Below, piece after piece: positions 23,429 through 32,000 of a stretch of 32,000 nucleotides of DNA. Numbering within the stretch: the stretch's first letter is position 1; each line of letters starts with the position of its first letter. The notes below the pieces were generated by a model. The model did no database searches. It had not been told where the DNA came from and was given only the letters and a program-made list of their open reading frames with translations. The position numbers and the translations under genes are program-made. Origin of the DNA: Delftia acidovorans NBRC 14950 (lineage in GTDB: Bacteria; Pseudomonadota; Gammaproteobacteria; Burkholderiales; Burkholderiaceae_C); contig NZ_BCZP01000009.1 of the NCBI RefSeq assembly GCF_001598795.1, forward strand, positions 90,001 to 122,000. Reading direction: 5' to 3'.

Positions 23429-24532
23429 ATGACAAGCCACATACCCGATTTCCCCCTGCTGACCGGCGCCAACCGCCAATGGCTGGATGCACGTGCCCAG
23501 GCGCTGGATGCCGGCAACGGCGAGGCCACGGCCGCCGTCGTGCCCTATCTGGCCGAAGCCGGGCTGCTGGGCCACGGCTTGGCTGACGCGTTGGGCGGGC
23601 AGGGCGGACGCGCCGGCGATGCCATCGAGGCGATTGCCCAGGTGGCCACGCACTCCATGTCCGCCGCCTTTGCCTTCTGGGGCCAGCGCGTGCTGATCGA
23701 GATGCTGGCGAACACCGGCAATGCGGCCCTGCGCGAGCGCTGGCTGCCCGCGCTGCTGGCGGGCGAGGCGGCCGGTGCCTCAGGGCTGTCCAACATCATG
23801 AAATTCCTCAGCGGGCTGGAGGCACTCAACATCCGCGCCACGGCCCGGGAAGGCGGCGGCGGCTGGCTGCTCAACGGCAGCGTGCCCTGGTGCACCAACC
23901 TGCGCGGGCCGCGCTTTCTGGCCGCCATTGCCGTGGCGCGTGACGACGGCGCGCCGCCCATGATCGTGGCCTTGCCGTCCGATCGCCCCGGCCTGGAGCG
24001 CTCGCCGGATCTGGAGCTGATTGCCCTGCGCGGCACCAACACCGCCGCCTTGCAACTCAAGGACGTGGCCATCACCGAAGACGATCTGCTGGCAGAGCGC
24101 GCCGGCGGATTCCTGCCGCGTGTGCGGCCGGCCTTTCTGGGCATGCAATGCGGCCTGTCCATCGGGCTGGCGCGCGCGGCCTGTGCGCAGGCCGCCTCGC
24201 GCATGGGGCAGGGCGGGCATGTGCTGCAGCAGCCGCTGGACGATACCCGCAGCCATCTGGAGCAGGCGGTGGCCGCGCTCAAGGCCGGGGTAGAGGCCGG
24301 CGATTTCGTGGAGGCGCCCGAGCGGCTTTTCGCGCTGCGCCTGGCCCTGCACGACTGCGTGCAGCAGGCCATGCAGCTGGAGCTGCAGACGGCCGGTGGC
24401 CGTGCCTACAGCCTGGATGCGGACGATGGCTTTGCCCGCCGCTGGCGTGAATCGGCCTTCATCCCCATCGTCACGCCCAGCGTGATCCAGTTGCGCGCCG
24501 AGCTGCAAAAACTGCAAAAGCTCGGTGCCTGA
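23429..24532 (+). CDS. acyl-CoA dehydrogenase family protein (start uncertain: 23414 or 23429)
   Basis: About 367 aa with ACAD-like segments (SMSAAFAFWGQRVLIEML..., GWLLNGSVPWCTNL, C-terminal helical domain). The listed start 23390 lies inside the upstream terminator hairpin, so a downstream Met was chosen. Confidence 0.55.
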   Translation: MTSHIPDFPLLTGANRQWLDARAQALDAGNGEATAAVVPYLAEAGLLGHGLADALGGQGGRAGDAIEAIAQVATHSMSAAFAFWGQRVLIEMLANTGNAALRERWLPALLAGEAAGASGLSNIMKFLSGLEALNIRATAREGGGGWLLNGSVPWCTNLRGPRFLAAIAVARDDGAPPMIVALPSDRPGLERSPDLELIALRGTNTAALQLKDVAITEDDLLAERAGGFLPRVRPAFLGMQCGLSIGLARAACAQAASRMGQGGHVLQQPLDDTRSHLEQAVAALKAGVEAGDFVEAPERLFALRLALHDCVQQAMQLELQTAGGRAYSLDADDGFARRWRESAFIPIVTPSVIQLRAELQKLQKLGA

Positions 24533-24536
24533 CGGC

Positions 24537-25151
24537 TCAGTCCGCCTTGGCTGCCGGCTCCAGCGCCGTGTCCAGCAGCAGCAAGGCGGTCTCCACCGCC
24601 GCCAGCAGCCGCTGGCGCGGTACGCCATCGCGGGCCTGCACCGAGATGCCGTGCAGTTGCGTGGCATAGAAATCCCCCAGCGCCTGCACATCGGTGCCGG
24701 CGCGCAACTCGCCTTCATCCAGCGCGCGCTGAAGGCGGTCGATCAGGGACTGCGTACGCTGGCGGCGGTGTTCGGCCAGCCAGGCGGCGACTGCCTCGTT
24801 TTCCTCGGCGCAATTGGTGGCGGCGGTGACCACCATGCAGCCCAGCGGATGGGCATCGTCCGTATAGGTGGCCACGGCATCGCGCAGCACGCGCGCCAGG
24901 GCGTCGCGCACGCGCGGCTCCTGGGCCATGGCGCGGTCGGCAAAGCCGCCATCACCGGCCTCGTAGCGCTGCACGGCCTCGCGGAACAGGTCCTGCTTGC
25001 TGCCGAAGGCCGCATAGATGCGCGCTGACGCAATGCCCAGCGCCTGCACCAGGTCGGCCATGGACGTGCCCTCGTAGCCGCGCTGCCAGAACGCCAGCAT
25101 GGCGCGCTCCAGCGCCTGGTCTCGGTCAAATTCCCTGGGTCTTCCGGCCAT
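24537..25151 (-). CDS. TetR family transcriptional regulator
   Basis: MAGRPREFDRDQALERAMLAFWQRGYEGTSMADLVQALGIASARIYAAFGSKQDLF is a canonical TetR N-terminal HTH. The Met at 25151 is preceded by GAGGAAG on the minus strand. Confidence 0.85.
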   Translation of the reverse strand: MAGRPREFDRDQALERAMLAFWQRGYEGTSMADLVQALGIASARIYAAFGSKQDLFREAVQRYEAGDGGFADRAMAQEPRVRDALARVLRDAVATYTDDAHPLGCMVVTAATNCAEENEAVAAWLAEHRRQRTQSLIDRLQRALDEGELRAGTDVQALGDFYATQLHGISVQARDGVPRQRLLAAVETALLLLDTALEPAAKAD

Positions 25152-25246
25152 CTTCCTCATCCTTCTCAACAGTCAGGGCGGCATCTTAGCGGCGCCGTGA
25201 TGCTGTCTTGCATCGGCTTCGCAAAAGCAGCCGCATTGGCGTGATA

Positions 25247-25274
25247 CTATTCTTTGTCGATCAACAAACAATAG
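25247..25274. promoter_or_regulatory. imperfect 28-bp palindrome, candidate TetR operator
   Basis: CTATTCTTTGTCGATCAACAAACAATAG has 24 of 28 positions self-complementary and is centred on GATC. It lies in the divergent intergenic region between the TetR gene and the isomerase gene. Confidence 0.45.
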
Positions 25275-25293
25275 CTCAACGCAAGGAAATCAC

Positions 25294-26349
25294 ATGCAGA
25301 CCATCAAGGGCCCCAGCCTTCATCTGGCGCAGTTCGCCGACAACAAGGCACCGTTCAATTCCCTGGAAGACATCGCACGCTGGGCGGCCGGCGTAGGCTT
25401 CAAGGGCCTGCAGATTCCCGCCTGGGACCAGCGCCTGTTCGACGTGGCCACGGCCGCCAGCAGCCAGACCTATTGCGATGATGTCAACGGCATGCTGGCC
25501 TCGCACGGCCTGGTGGCCAGCGAGCTGACCACGCACATCTTTGGCCAGCTCGTGGCCGTGCACCCGGCCTATGACGCCATGTGCGACAGCTTTGCGCCCG
25601 AGGCGCTGCGCGGCAATCCGGCCGCACGCACGGCCTGGGCGCTGGAGCAGCTCAAGCTGTCGGCCGTCGCATCGCGCCGCATGGGGTTGAGCGACATGGG
25701 CACGTTCTCGGGCTCGTTCGCCTGGCCCTATCTGTTCCCGTTTCCGCAGCGCCCGGCCGGCCTGATCGAAGCCGCCTTCGAGGAGCTGGCGCGCCGCTGG
25801 CGCCCCATCCTCGACGCCTGCGACGAGCAGGGCGTGAACCTGTGCTACGAAATCCACCCCAGCGAAGACCTGCATGACGGCACCAGCTTCGAGCGCTTCC
25901 ATGAGCTGGTGGGCCAGCACGCGCGCTGCAAGATCCTTTTCGATCCCAGCCACTTCGTGCTGCAGCAGCTCAACTACCTCGACTACATCGACATCTTCCG
26001 CGAGCACATCCGCATGTTCCATGTGAAGGATGCGGAGTTCCTGCCCAGCGGGCGCCAGGGCATCTACGGCGGCTATTCCTCGTGGCTGGAGCGGGCAGGG
26101 CGCTTCCGTTCGCTGGGCGACGGGCAGGTGGACTTCAAGGCCATCTTCTCCAAGTTCGCCCAGTACGACTACCAGGGCTGGGCCTCGCTGGAATGGGAGT
26201 GCTGCCTCAAGGACCAGGAAGACGGTGCGCGCGAAGGCGTGGACTTCATCAACCGCCACATCATCCGCGTGACCGACAAGATCTTTGACGACTTCGCCGG
26301 CGCCCCCGTGGACCAGCGCCAGATCAACGCCATGCTCGGCATCGCCTGA
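25294..26349 (+). CDS. sugar phosphate isomerase/epimerase (xylose-isomerase-like TIM barrel) family protein
   Basis: MQTIKGPSLHLAQFADNKAPFNSLEDIARWAAGVGFKGLQIPAWDQRLFDV... matches my recollection of the ~350-aa family commonly annotated this way. Confidence 0.7.
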   Translation: MQTIKGPSLHLAQFADNKAPFNSLEDIARWAAGVGFKGLQIPAWDQRLFDVATAASSQTYCDDVNGMLASHGLVASELTTHIFGQLVAVHPAYDAMCDSFAPEALRGNPAARTAWALEQLKLSAVASRRMGLSDMGTFSGSFAWPYLFPFPQRPAGLIEAAFEELARRWRPILDACDEQGVNLCYEIHPSEDLHDGTSFERFHELVGQHARCKILFDPSHFVLQQLNYLDYIDIFREHIRMFHVKDAEFLPSGRQGIYGGYSSWLERAGRFRSLGDGQVDFKAIFSKFAQYDYQGWASLEWECCLKDQEDGAREGVDFINRHIIRVTDKIFDDFAGAPVDQRQINAMLGIA

Positions 26350-26388
26350 GCACGCCCGCAGCCAAAGAACCTCAAAAAGAATCCAACA

Positions 26389-27285
26389 ATGAACGCTTTC
26401 ACATCGAACGCCCTGCGCAAGCAGGAAGACCAGGCCTGCGAGTTCTCGCACGACTACGTGCGCATCGACGGCCGCCGCATCCACTGCATTACGGCCGGGC
26501 AGGGCGCGCCCGTGCTGCTGATCCCGGGCTGGCCCCAGACCTGGTATGCCTGGCGCCATGTCATGCAGGCACTGGCGGCGCAGGGCTTCCAGGCCATTGC
26601 CGTCGATCCACCGGGCACGGGCTTTTCCGACCGGCCCGACACCGGCTACGACACGGGCTCCATCGCGCTGACCCTGCACCGCACCATGCTGGCGCTGGGC
26701 CATGAGCGCTACCAGGTCGCCGGCCACGATGTGGGCATGTGGGTGGCCTATGCGCTGGCCAGCGACCAGCCGCAGGCCGTGCAGTCCCTGGCGCTGACCG
26801 AGGCCGTGATCCCCGGCCTGGCGCCCGAGCCCAGCATCTTTGCGCCGCCAGAGCAGAACATCTTCCTGTGGCACTTCATGTTCAACCAGCTGGCCGACCT
26901 GCCCGAGACCCTGATCGCGGGGCGCGAGCGTGCCTACCTGGAGTTCATGTTCAACCGCTGGTCGCTGCGGCGCGACCGCGTGGCCGTCGACGTCTATGTC
27001 GATGCCTATGCGGCGCCCGGTGGCCTGCGCGGCGGCTTTGCCTACTACCGCGCCATTCCCGAAACCATTCGCCAGAACCGCGAGCGTGCGCTGCGCCCGC
27101 TGGCCATGCCCGTGCTGGCCATTGGCGCCGAGCACGCCACGGCCGATGCGCCGCTGGCCACGCTGCGCGGCCATGCCGATGACCTGTCGGGCGTGATCGT
27201 GCCGGGCTGCGGCCACTTCATCATGGAGGAGGCTGCCGAGCCCTTCATCGCCGAGCTGCTGCCCTTCCTGCAAAGGACGCTGTGA
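26389..27285 (+). CDS. alpha/beta hydrolase (epoxide hydrolase / dehalogenase-like, Asp nucleophile)
   Basis: It contains APVLLIPGWPQTWYAWRHV (HGWP-like oxyanion region), the nucleophile elbow VAGHDVGMWVAYALA, and a C-terminal GCGHFIMEE histidine. Confidence 0.75.
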   Translation: MNAFTSNALRKQEDQACEFSHDYVRIDGRRIHCITAGQGAPVLLIPGWPQTWYAWRHVMQALAAQGFQAIAVDPPGTGFSDRPDTGYDTGSIALTLHRTMLALGHERYQVAGHDVGMWVAYALASDQPQAVQSLALTEAVIPGLAPEPSIFAPPEQNIFLWHFMFNQLADLPETLIAGRERAYLEFMFNRWSLRRDRVAVDVYVDAYAAPGGLRGGFAYYRAIPETIRQNRERALRPLAMPVLAIGAEHATADAPLATLRGHADDLSGVIVPGCGHFIMEEAAEPFIAELLPFLQRTL

Positions 27286-28259
27286 CCATGGGCCTGGACG
27301 CTGACATTGCGCGCTATCTCGCCGAGCTGGCGCAGGCGACCCAGGCCGTGGCCCCGCCCACGCTGGCGGCGCTGCGCGAGGCCACCGACGCCGGGCTGCG
27401 CGCCCTGCACGGCCCGGCCGAGGCCATGGCCCGCACCGAAGACTTCACGCTGCCCGCGCGCGACGGTGCGCCGCTGCGCGTGCGCATCTACCGGCCGCTG
27501 GCCTCGGACACACCCACGCTCCAGCCCGCCCTGGTCTTCGCCCACGGCGGCGGCTGGTGCCTGGGTTCGCTGGAGGTCTACGACAACCCCTGCCGCGCAT
27601 TGGCCGCGGCAACAGGCGCCGTCGTGGTCTCGGTGGACTACCGGCTGGCGCCCGAGCACCGCTTTCCCGTGCCGTTGCATGACTTCTGCGATGCCATTGC
27701 CTGGACCTTTGAGCAGGCCGATGCGCTGGGCCTGGATCGCAGGCGCATCGGCGTGGCCGGAGACAGCGCGGGCGGCAACCTCGCGGCCGCCGCCTGCCTG
27801 CTGGCGCGGCAGCAAGAAGGCTGGGGAGCGGCGGGCGCACCGGCCATCGCCCACCAGCTGCTGCTGTACCCGGCACTGGACGCGGCCATGGATTCGCAGT
27901 CGTTCCAGCAGTTCGGCGAGGGCCACTACCTCACGCGTGCGGCCATGGAGTACTGCTATGGCGCGTACCTGGGCGATGCGGCACCGGGGCGGCACGAACT
28001 TGTCTCTCCGCTGCGCGCGGAACACCTGGCAGGCCTGCCCCAAGCCACAGTGATCAGCTGCGAATACGACCCGCTGCGCGACGAGGCCGAAGCCTATGCG
28101 CAGCGGCTGGCGCAGGCCGGTGTGGCGGTGCAGGCCGTGCGCCTGCCCGGCATGGTGCACGCCTGCATGCACATGCTGGGGCTGGCGCCGGCATCACGCC
28201 GCCTGTTTGACGAAGCAGGTGCCGCCGTGCGCCAGGCTTTCGGCACGGCCATCGGCTGA
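27282..28259 (+). CDS. alpha/beta hydrolase fold-3 esterase/lipase (hormone-sensitive-lipase family)
   Basis: It has the HGGGW oxyanion motif (VFAHGGGWCLGS) and the GDSAGG nucleophile elbow (VAGDSAGGNLAAA). GTG 27282 overlaps the upstream stop; ATG 27288 is an alternative start. Confidence 0.8.
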   Translation: MTMGLDADIARYLAELAQATQAVAPPTLAALREATDAGLRALHGPAEAMARTEDFTLPARDGAPLRVRIYRPLASDTPTLQPALVFAHGGGWCLGSLEVYDNPCRALAAATGAVVVSVDYRLAPEHRFPVPLHDFCDAIAWTFEQADALGLDRRRIGVAGDSAGGNLAAAACLLARQQEGWGAAGAPAIAHQLLLYPALDAAMDSQSFQQFGEGHYLTRAAMEYCYGAYLGDAAPGRHELVSPLRAEHLAGLPQATVISCEYDPLRDEAEAYAQRLAQAGVAVQAVRLPGMVHACMHMLGLAPASRRLFDEAGAAVRQAFGTAIG

Positions 28260-28276
28260 GGGTTGCTGGCTGCAGG

Positions 28277-28486
28277 TCAGGCCTGTGCCAGGAACACGGC
28301 CACCAGCGCATTCGCATGGCCGTGCCCCATCTGGTGCTGGGCCTTGAGCCAGCCCACCAGTTCCATGTGCTTGCGGGTGTCCTGCTGTTGCAGCAGATCC
28401 ATCCAGTGCGCAATCGGCTGGCCGTAGGTCTTCTCGATGGAAGGGAAATACGAGGCCGGTCCCTTGACCTTGCTTGTCTCCGTCAT
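28277..28486 (-). CDS. DUF4287 domain protein (69 aa)
   Basis: SYFPSIEKTYGQPIAHWMDLL... is a pattern I recall as typical of DUF4287 small proteins. Confidence 0.6.
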   Translation of the reverse strand: MTETSKVKGPASYFPSIEKTYGQPIAHWMDLLQQQDTRKHMELVGWLKAQHQMGHGHANALVAVFLAQA

Positions 28487-28558
28487 GGCGCTTGTCCTTT
28501 TTCTGTGATGCGGGTGGGCAGATTGTGCCGCTGGCGCTTTCCGGGCCGGCAGGCAGGG

Positions 28559-29470
28559 TCAGGTCAGGAACAGCACATCCTTGTGCTGCGGCGCAGGAGG
28601 CAGCACCTCGCCGGTCAGCTCGCGCAGCGTGGCCTCGATCATCTGCGACATGGCGTCCAGCGCCAGGTCGTTGGGTGCCGTGCCGAAGGGCTCCTCCAGC
28701 TCGGCGCCCAGTGCCTCCAGCGCGAAGAAGGTGTAGGCGATGAAGGCCACGATCACCGGCGTCATGAAGCCGATGGAATCCACCAGGCCGAAGGGCAGCA
28801 GAAGGCAGTACAGGTAGATGGTGCGGTGGATGATCACCGCGTAGGTGAAGGGGATGGGCGTGCCCGCAATGCGCTCGCAGCCGCCCAGTGCCTCGCCCAG
28901 CTTGCACAGGGGCGCCTCCATGGCGGGCACCAGCACCGGCTGCAGGCTGCCGTCGTGGCGGCGCGCCTGCAGCCATTCGCCGGCCATGAGCAGCAGCACG
29001 GCAGGCTTGAAGCGCGCCGTGGCCAGGCGCTCGCAGTCGGCGGCGGGCAGCAGGCGGCGCATGTCGGCACCGGCATCGGTGCCGCGCAACTGGTGGCGCA
29101 GCGCGTGCACGAAGGCTGCCAGCACCATGGCCAGGGCCGGGGCGTGCTGCGGTGCATCGGTCAAGGTCCGGGCCTGGCGCACCAGGGAGCGCGTCTCGTT
29201 GAGCAGGGTGCCCCACAGCGTGCGCGCCTCCCAATAGCGCGCATAGCTGGTGCTGTTGCGAAAGCCCAGGAAGATGGCCAGCGTCAGCCCGATCAGCGAG
29301 AACGGCACGAAGTTCAGCGGCACCTTCCAGGCGAACAACTGGCCGTGCAGCGCCGTGACCAGCACGGCGAACAAGGTGGCGGCCATCAGCTGGGGCAGGA
29401 TGTCGGGCAGCACCGAGCCGCGCAGCACGAAGAGCATGCGCAGCCAGTGGGGGCGGGGCCGGATGATCAT
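28559..29470 (-). CDS. bestrophin-family (UPF0187/YneE-like) anion channel
   Basis: MIIRPRPHWLRMLFVLRGSVLPDILPQL...FLGFRNSTSYARYWEARTLWG is the characteristic bestrophin N-terminal region with TM helices. The start is at the internal Met (29470) of listed ORF 28559..29656. Confidence 0.75.
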   Translation of the reverse strand: MIIRPRPHWLRMLFVLRGSVLPDILPQLMAATLFAVLVTALHGQLFAWKVPLNFVPFSLIGLTLAIFLGFRNSTSYARYWEARTLWGTLLNETRSLVRQARTLTDAPQHAPALAMVLAAFVHALRHQLRGTDAGADMRRLLPAADCERLATARFKPAVLLLMAGEWLQARRHDGSLQPVLVPAMEAPLCKLGEALGGCERIAGTPIPFTYAVIIHRTIYLYCLLLPFGLVDSIGFMTPVIVAFIAYTFFALEALGAELEEPFGTAPNDLALDAMSQMIEATLRELTGEVLPPAPQHKDVLFLT

Positions 29471-29568
29471 GAAAGCTTGTTCCGTGATGGAAAAGAGGGC
29501 GCAGCAGCCCCGCAACTCTAACCGCCCCGCGCAGTCAGTGCGCCACCCTGCACGCGCCGGCTGCGGCT

Positions 29569-30471
29569 TCAAAGATCGCTGCCGTGGCTGTCGTGGTTGC
29601 CGTCGGGCTGGAGAAGGGCCTGTGACGTGACCGCTGCTGCCTGCTCCGCCTGCCATGCCGTGCGCATGGAAGAGGGCGCCACCGTTGCACGCGGGGACGG
29701 CTGGCTGGTGATGGTGCCCAGGCTGATGAAGCCGGCCAGGTGCTCGCCCTCGCGCAAACCCAGCGCTGAATGCAGGGCCGGGTCAAAACAGCGCTCGCCA
29801 CTGAGCGCGATGGCACCAAAGCCCAAATGGTGGGTGGCATTGAGGAAGTTGCCCAGGGCCGCGCCCGCAGCCAGCCATTGCTCACGCACCGGCACCCGCG
29901 AGCGCGGCCGGGGCGAGATGATGAAGGCGATCAGCGCCGGAGCGCGCGTTGCATGCTCGCGCGCACGGCGGATATCGTCGGCCGGGGCCAGCGGGTCACG
30001 GCGCAGTTTTTCCTGCTCGAACAGGCTGGCCAAGGCCTCGCGCTGGTGGGCGGGAAACTCCAGAACCCGCCAGGGGTGCAAGGCACCGTGGTCCGGAGCG
30101 CATAGCGCCGCCTCGATCATCAGCTCCATGTCGCCATTGTCCGGACCCGGCATGGCCAGCCGCCTGGGCGAGACGGAGCGCCGCGCCAGCAGGGGCGCCA
30201 GGCCCGCCCGCTTGCGCGTGTCGGCAAAGCAGTGCTTGAGTGCATCCACCGCCTGGGCGAACTGCCGGGCCCAGGCCAGCACCTGTTCACCCTCCAGCGT
30301 GAACCCCTGGAAGGGCCGGCCCGCGCGCACCAGCGCGTGGCCGAACTCCGCCTCGGCCGAGCGTATGGCCTGGGCCAGCGCGTTGTCGGAGATGCCGCAG
30401 GCCTGCGCTGCGCGCGCCCAGTCACGCTCGCGGTCCAGGGCCAGCAGATGGGGGATGTATTTTTGCGTCAA
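29569..30471 (-). CDS. LysR-type HTH domain fused to a nitroreductase-fold domain
   Basis: Residues ~8-85 (LLALDRERDWARAAQACGISDNALAQAIRSAEAEFGHALVRAGRPFQGFTLEGEQVLAWARQF) follow the LysR HTH_1 pattern. Residues ~95-260 (RRSVSPRRLA...MIEAALCAPDHGALHPWRV...ALIAFII...WLAAGAALGNFLNATHHLGFGAIALSG) follow the nitroreductase pattern. No LysR substrate-binding domain is present. Confidence 0.65.
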   Translation of the reverse strand: MTQKYIPHLLALDRERDWARAAQACGISDNALAQAIRSAEAEFGHALVRAGRPFQGFTLEGEQVLAWARQFAQAVDALKHCFADTRKRAGLAPLLARRSVSPRRLAMPGPDNGDMELMIEAALCAPDHGALHPWRVLEFPAHQREALASLFEQEKLRRDPLAPADDIRRAREHATRAPALIAFIISPRPRSRVPVREQWLAAGAALGNFLNATHHLGFGAIALSGERCFDPALHSALGLREGEHLAGFISLGTITSQPSPRATVAPSSMRTAWQAEQAAAVTSQALLQPDGNHDSHGSDL

Positions 30472-30679
30472 GTCGGTTCTCCAGCGCGGGCCTGTGCTCC
30501 GTGTATGGCATCGTTATATCTGAAAGAATACAATGAAATACGTCATGCCAGCTTGAACCGGCGGCGGGCTGCGGTGGGCTGGCCGGGGGCGGGCGCACGC
30601 GTGTGACAGGTGCATGGTGCCCTTGCCGAACTGCGGGATTGAACCGATTGCGCAGGCACCGGCACTACAATCCCCGGCC

Positions 30680-31123
30680 ATGTTGCATGCCATCCGGAGC
30701 CTATCCATGCGGAGCGCCTTGCTGCTGCTCATCATGGTGGCGCAGCTGCTGATACCGCTGCTGCACAGCCATTTCGGCACTCCGAACCAGGCCGGCTTGC
30801 ACATCCACGCGGCGCCGTCGCGGGTGGCCGACTCGCATTTCCACCTGTTCGTGGTCCACGGCTCCTTCACCGATGTGGATGAAGACCATGTCGAGCCTTT
30901 CGAGGTCGATGTGCAGGACGCCATACAGCCGCTGGACCTGCTGCCCATGCCTTTGCTGGCCGTGGTCGGCCTGGTCTTGCTCACCCTGGGCCTGCGTGCC
31001 GCGCGCATGCGCTGCATTGCGCCCCGGCCCGCCCTGCCGCTGCAGCCCATGCGCCTGAGTCCGCGCTGGCGCGGGCGCGTGATACGGCCTTCTCCCGCCC
31101 AGGCACCGCCCCTGGCTTCCTGA
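30680..31123 (+). CDS. His-rich small membrane protein upstream of efflux adaptor (start uncertain: 30614/30680/30707)
   Basis: It has a signal/TM segment (SALLLLIMVAQLLIPLL), a His cluster (HSHFG..LHIHAA..SHFHLFVVH), an acidic stretch and a second TM (LLPMPLLAVVGLVLLTLGL). It sits directly upstream of an RND adaptor gene. No family assigned. Confidence 0.4.
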   Translation: MLHAIRSLSMRSALLLLIMVAQLLIPLLHSHFGTPNQAGLHIHAAPSRVADSHFHLFVVHGSFTDVDEDHVEPFEVDVQDAIQPLDLLPMPLLAVVGLVLLTLGLRAARMRCIAPRPALPLQPMRLSPRWRGRVIRPSPAQAPPLAS

Positions 31124-31225
31124 CCTCCCCGGCCTGGTCCACAGGCCCGCCTCAGTCCTTCTTCGCCCGCGCGCCGCGAACCGCCTGCGCGTGGACGGCG
31201 TTCGTCTTTTTTCCCGGAGTCAGGA

Positions 31226-32000
31226 ATGATGTTTTCCCCATGGCTGCTGGCCGGCGCACTTGCGCTGCCAGCCGTCGGCATGGCCGCCCAGGCCCAGGCC
31301 GCACCCGCAAGCCCGTCCAATCCCCCGTCCGCACCCACATCCGGATCTGCATCCACGCCCACATCCGTTGCCTTGTCCGCCGAACAGGCACAGGCGCTGG
31401 GCGTGCGTTTCGAACCCATTCAGGCGGCACAGCGCATCGAGGTCTCGGCCCACGCGCGCGTCGTGCTGCGGCCCGATGCCCAGGCCGTGGTGGCCGCCCC
31501 CTATGCAGGCGCGGTGCCGCGCGTGCTCGTGGCCCTGGGCCAGACGGTGCGCACCGGCCAGCCGGTGGCGGTGTTCACCAGTCCGCAGCTGTATGAGGCG
31601 CGGCGCGCGCTGCTGGAGGCCGAGTCCCAGTCGCGCCTGGCACGCCAGGCCCTGGCGCGCGACCAGGCGCTGCATGAGGACGGCATCATCGCCGCCAGCC
31701 GCTGGCAGGCCACCCAGGCCCGCGCCGCCGAGGCCGCGGCCATGGCCCAGGCGCGGCGCGCCGAACTGGCCGCCAGCGGCCTGCAGTTCGTGGGCAACGA
31801 GGTGCACCTGGTGGCGCCCCGCGCAGGCCTGGTGACCGAGGTGCTGGCGGTGCCGGGCGCGCGCGTGGAGGCCTCGGCGCCGCTGCTGCGCGTGGCCGAC
31901 CCCAAGGCGCTGGAACTGGACCTGCTGCTGGGCCGCGAGGTGCCGCTGCCCGGCGTGGGCGACCGCGTTCAGGTGGCGGCGCGCGGTGCGCAGGGCAAGG
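31226..32000 (+). CDS. efflux RND transporter periplasmic adaptor subunit (HlyD/CzcB-like), 3' truncated by window edge
   Basis: This ORF is not in the supplied track because it has no stop inside the window. My own translation from ATG 31226 gives MMFSPWLLAGALALPAVGMAAQAQA (signal peptide) ...LSAEQAQALGVRFEPI...VVAAPYAGAVPRVLVALGQTVRTGQPVAVFTSPQ...coiled-coil...LVAPRAGLVTEVLAVPGARVEASAPLLRVAD. That is the typical biotinyl-lipoyl/hairpin layout of membrane fusion proteins. Confidence 0.75.
   Translation, partial: MMFSPWLLAGALALPAVGMAAQAQAAPASPSNPPSAPTSGSASTPTSVALSAEQAQALGVRFEPIQAAQRIEVSAHARVVLRPDAQAVVAAPYAGAVPRVLVALGQTVRTGQPVAVFTSPQLYEARRALLEAESQSRLARQALARDQALHEDGIIAASRWQATQARAAEAAAMAQARRAELAASGLQFVGNEVHLVAPRAGLVTEVLAVPGARVEASAPLLRVADPKALELDLLLGREVPLPGVGDRVQVAARGAQGK

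Noticed and set aside
1-32000. I searched by eye for CRISPR arrays, tRNA/tmRNA genes, IS elements or transposases, integrase genes, and diversity-generating retroelement signatures (a TR/VR repeat pair near the fibre genes, or a reverse transcriptase).
   Set aside because: No regularly spaced repeats, cloverleaf-like sequence, DDE/tyrosine-recombinase motifs or RT (YxDD) motifs were found. An exhaustive repeat search needs a computer, for example a self-dot-plot plus tRNAscan/Infernal.

Overview
The window is high-GC, betaproteobacterial-looking DNA (Comamonadaceae-like; taxonomy is a guess from protein flavour only). It falls into four blocks.

(1) nt 1 to ~11.07 kb is the right arm of a prophage. 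It holds seven translationally coupled plus-strand tail or host-recognition genes of unrecognised family, one with a LamG-like lectin fold. These are followed by a complete lysis cassette: single-TMD holin candidate, SAR-type GH24 endolysin, an extra lipoprotein, and an i-spanin with an embedded o-spanin. The arm ends in a moron region where a canonical LexA box (CTGT-N8-ACAG) sits in a divergent promoter. That promoter lies between two small overlapping minus-strand genes and a hypothetical-gene + SRAP (YedK/HMCES-like) operon.

(2) gloA (glyoxalase I) follows. Its 3' end looks compositionally foreign.

(3) ~11.7-17.7 kb is a conspicuously AT-rich island. It encodes an Rcs-like multistep phosphorelay: an RcsB-like regulator, an RcsC-like hybrid kinase carrying its own C-terminal HPt, a second RcsB-like regulator, and a convergent soluble pseudo-receiver + HPt protein. 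An H-NS-family gene sits next to it. After that come ~1.4 kb of poorly coding DNA containing a second LexA box directly in front of a small 3-TM membrane protein gene, and an orphan terminator.

(4) 19.1-32 kb is ordinary high-GC cargo:
- a three-subunit (2Fe-2S / molybdopterin / tri-haem cytochrome c) aldehyde-oxidoreductase operon
- an acyl-CoA dehydrogenase-like gene
- a TetR regulator with a divergent sugar-phosphate isomerase and two alpha/beta hydrolases
- a DUF4287 gene
- a bestrophin-family channel
- an unusual LysR-HTH::nitroreductase fusion
- a His-rich small membrane protein
- the 5' part of an RND-efflux adaptor

No rRNA, tRNA, CRISPR array, transposase or integrase was seen. The best candidates for something undescribed are the AT-rich Rcs-like relay island and the two LexA-box modules.
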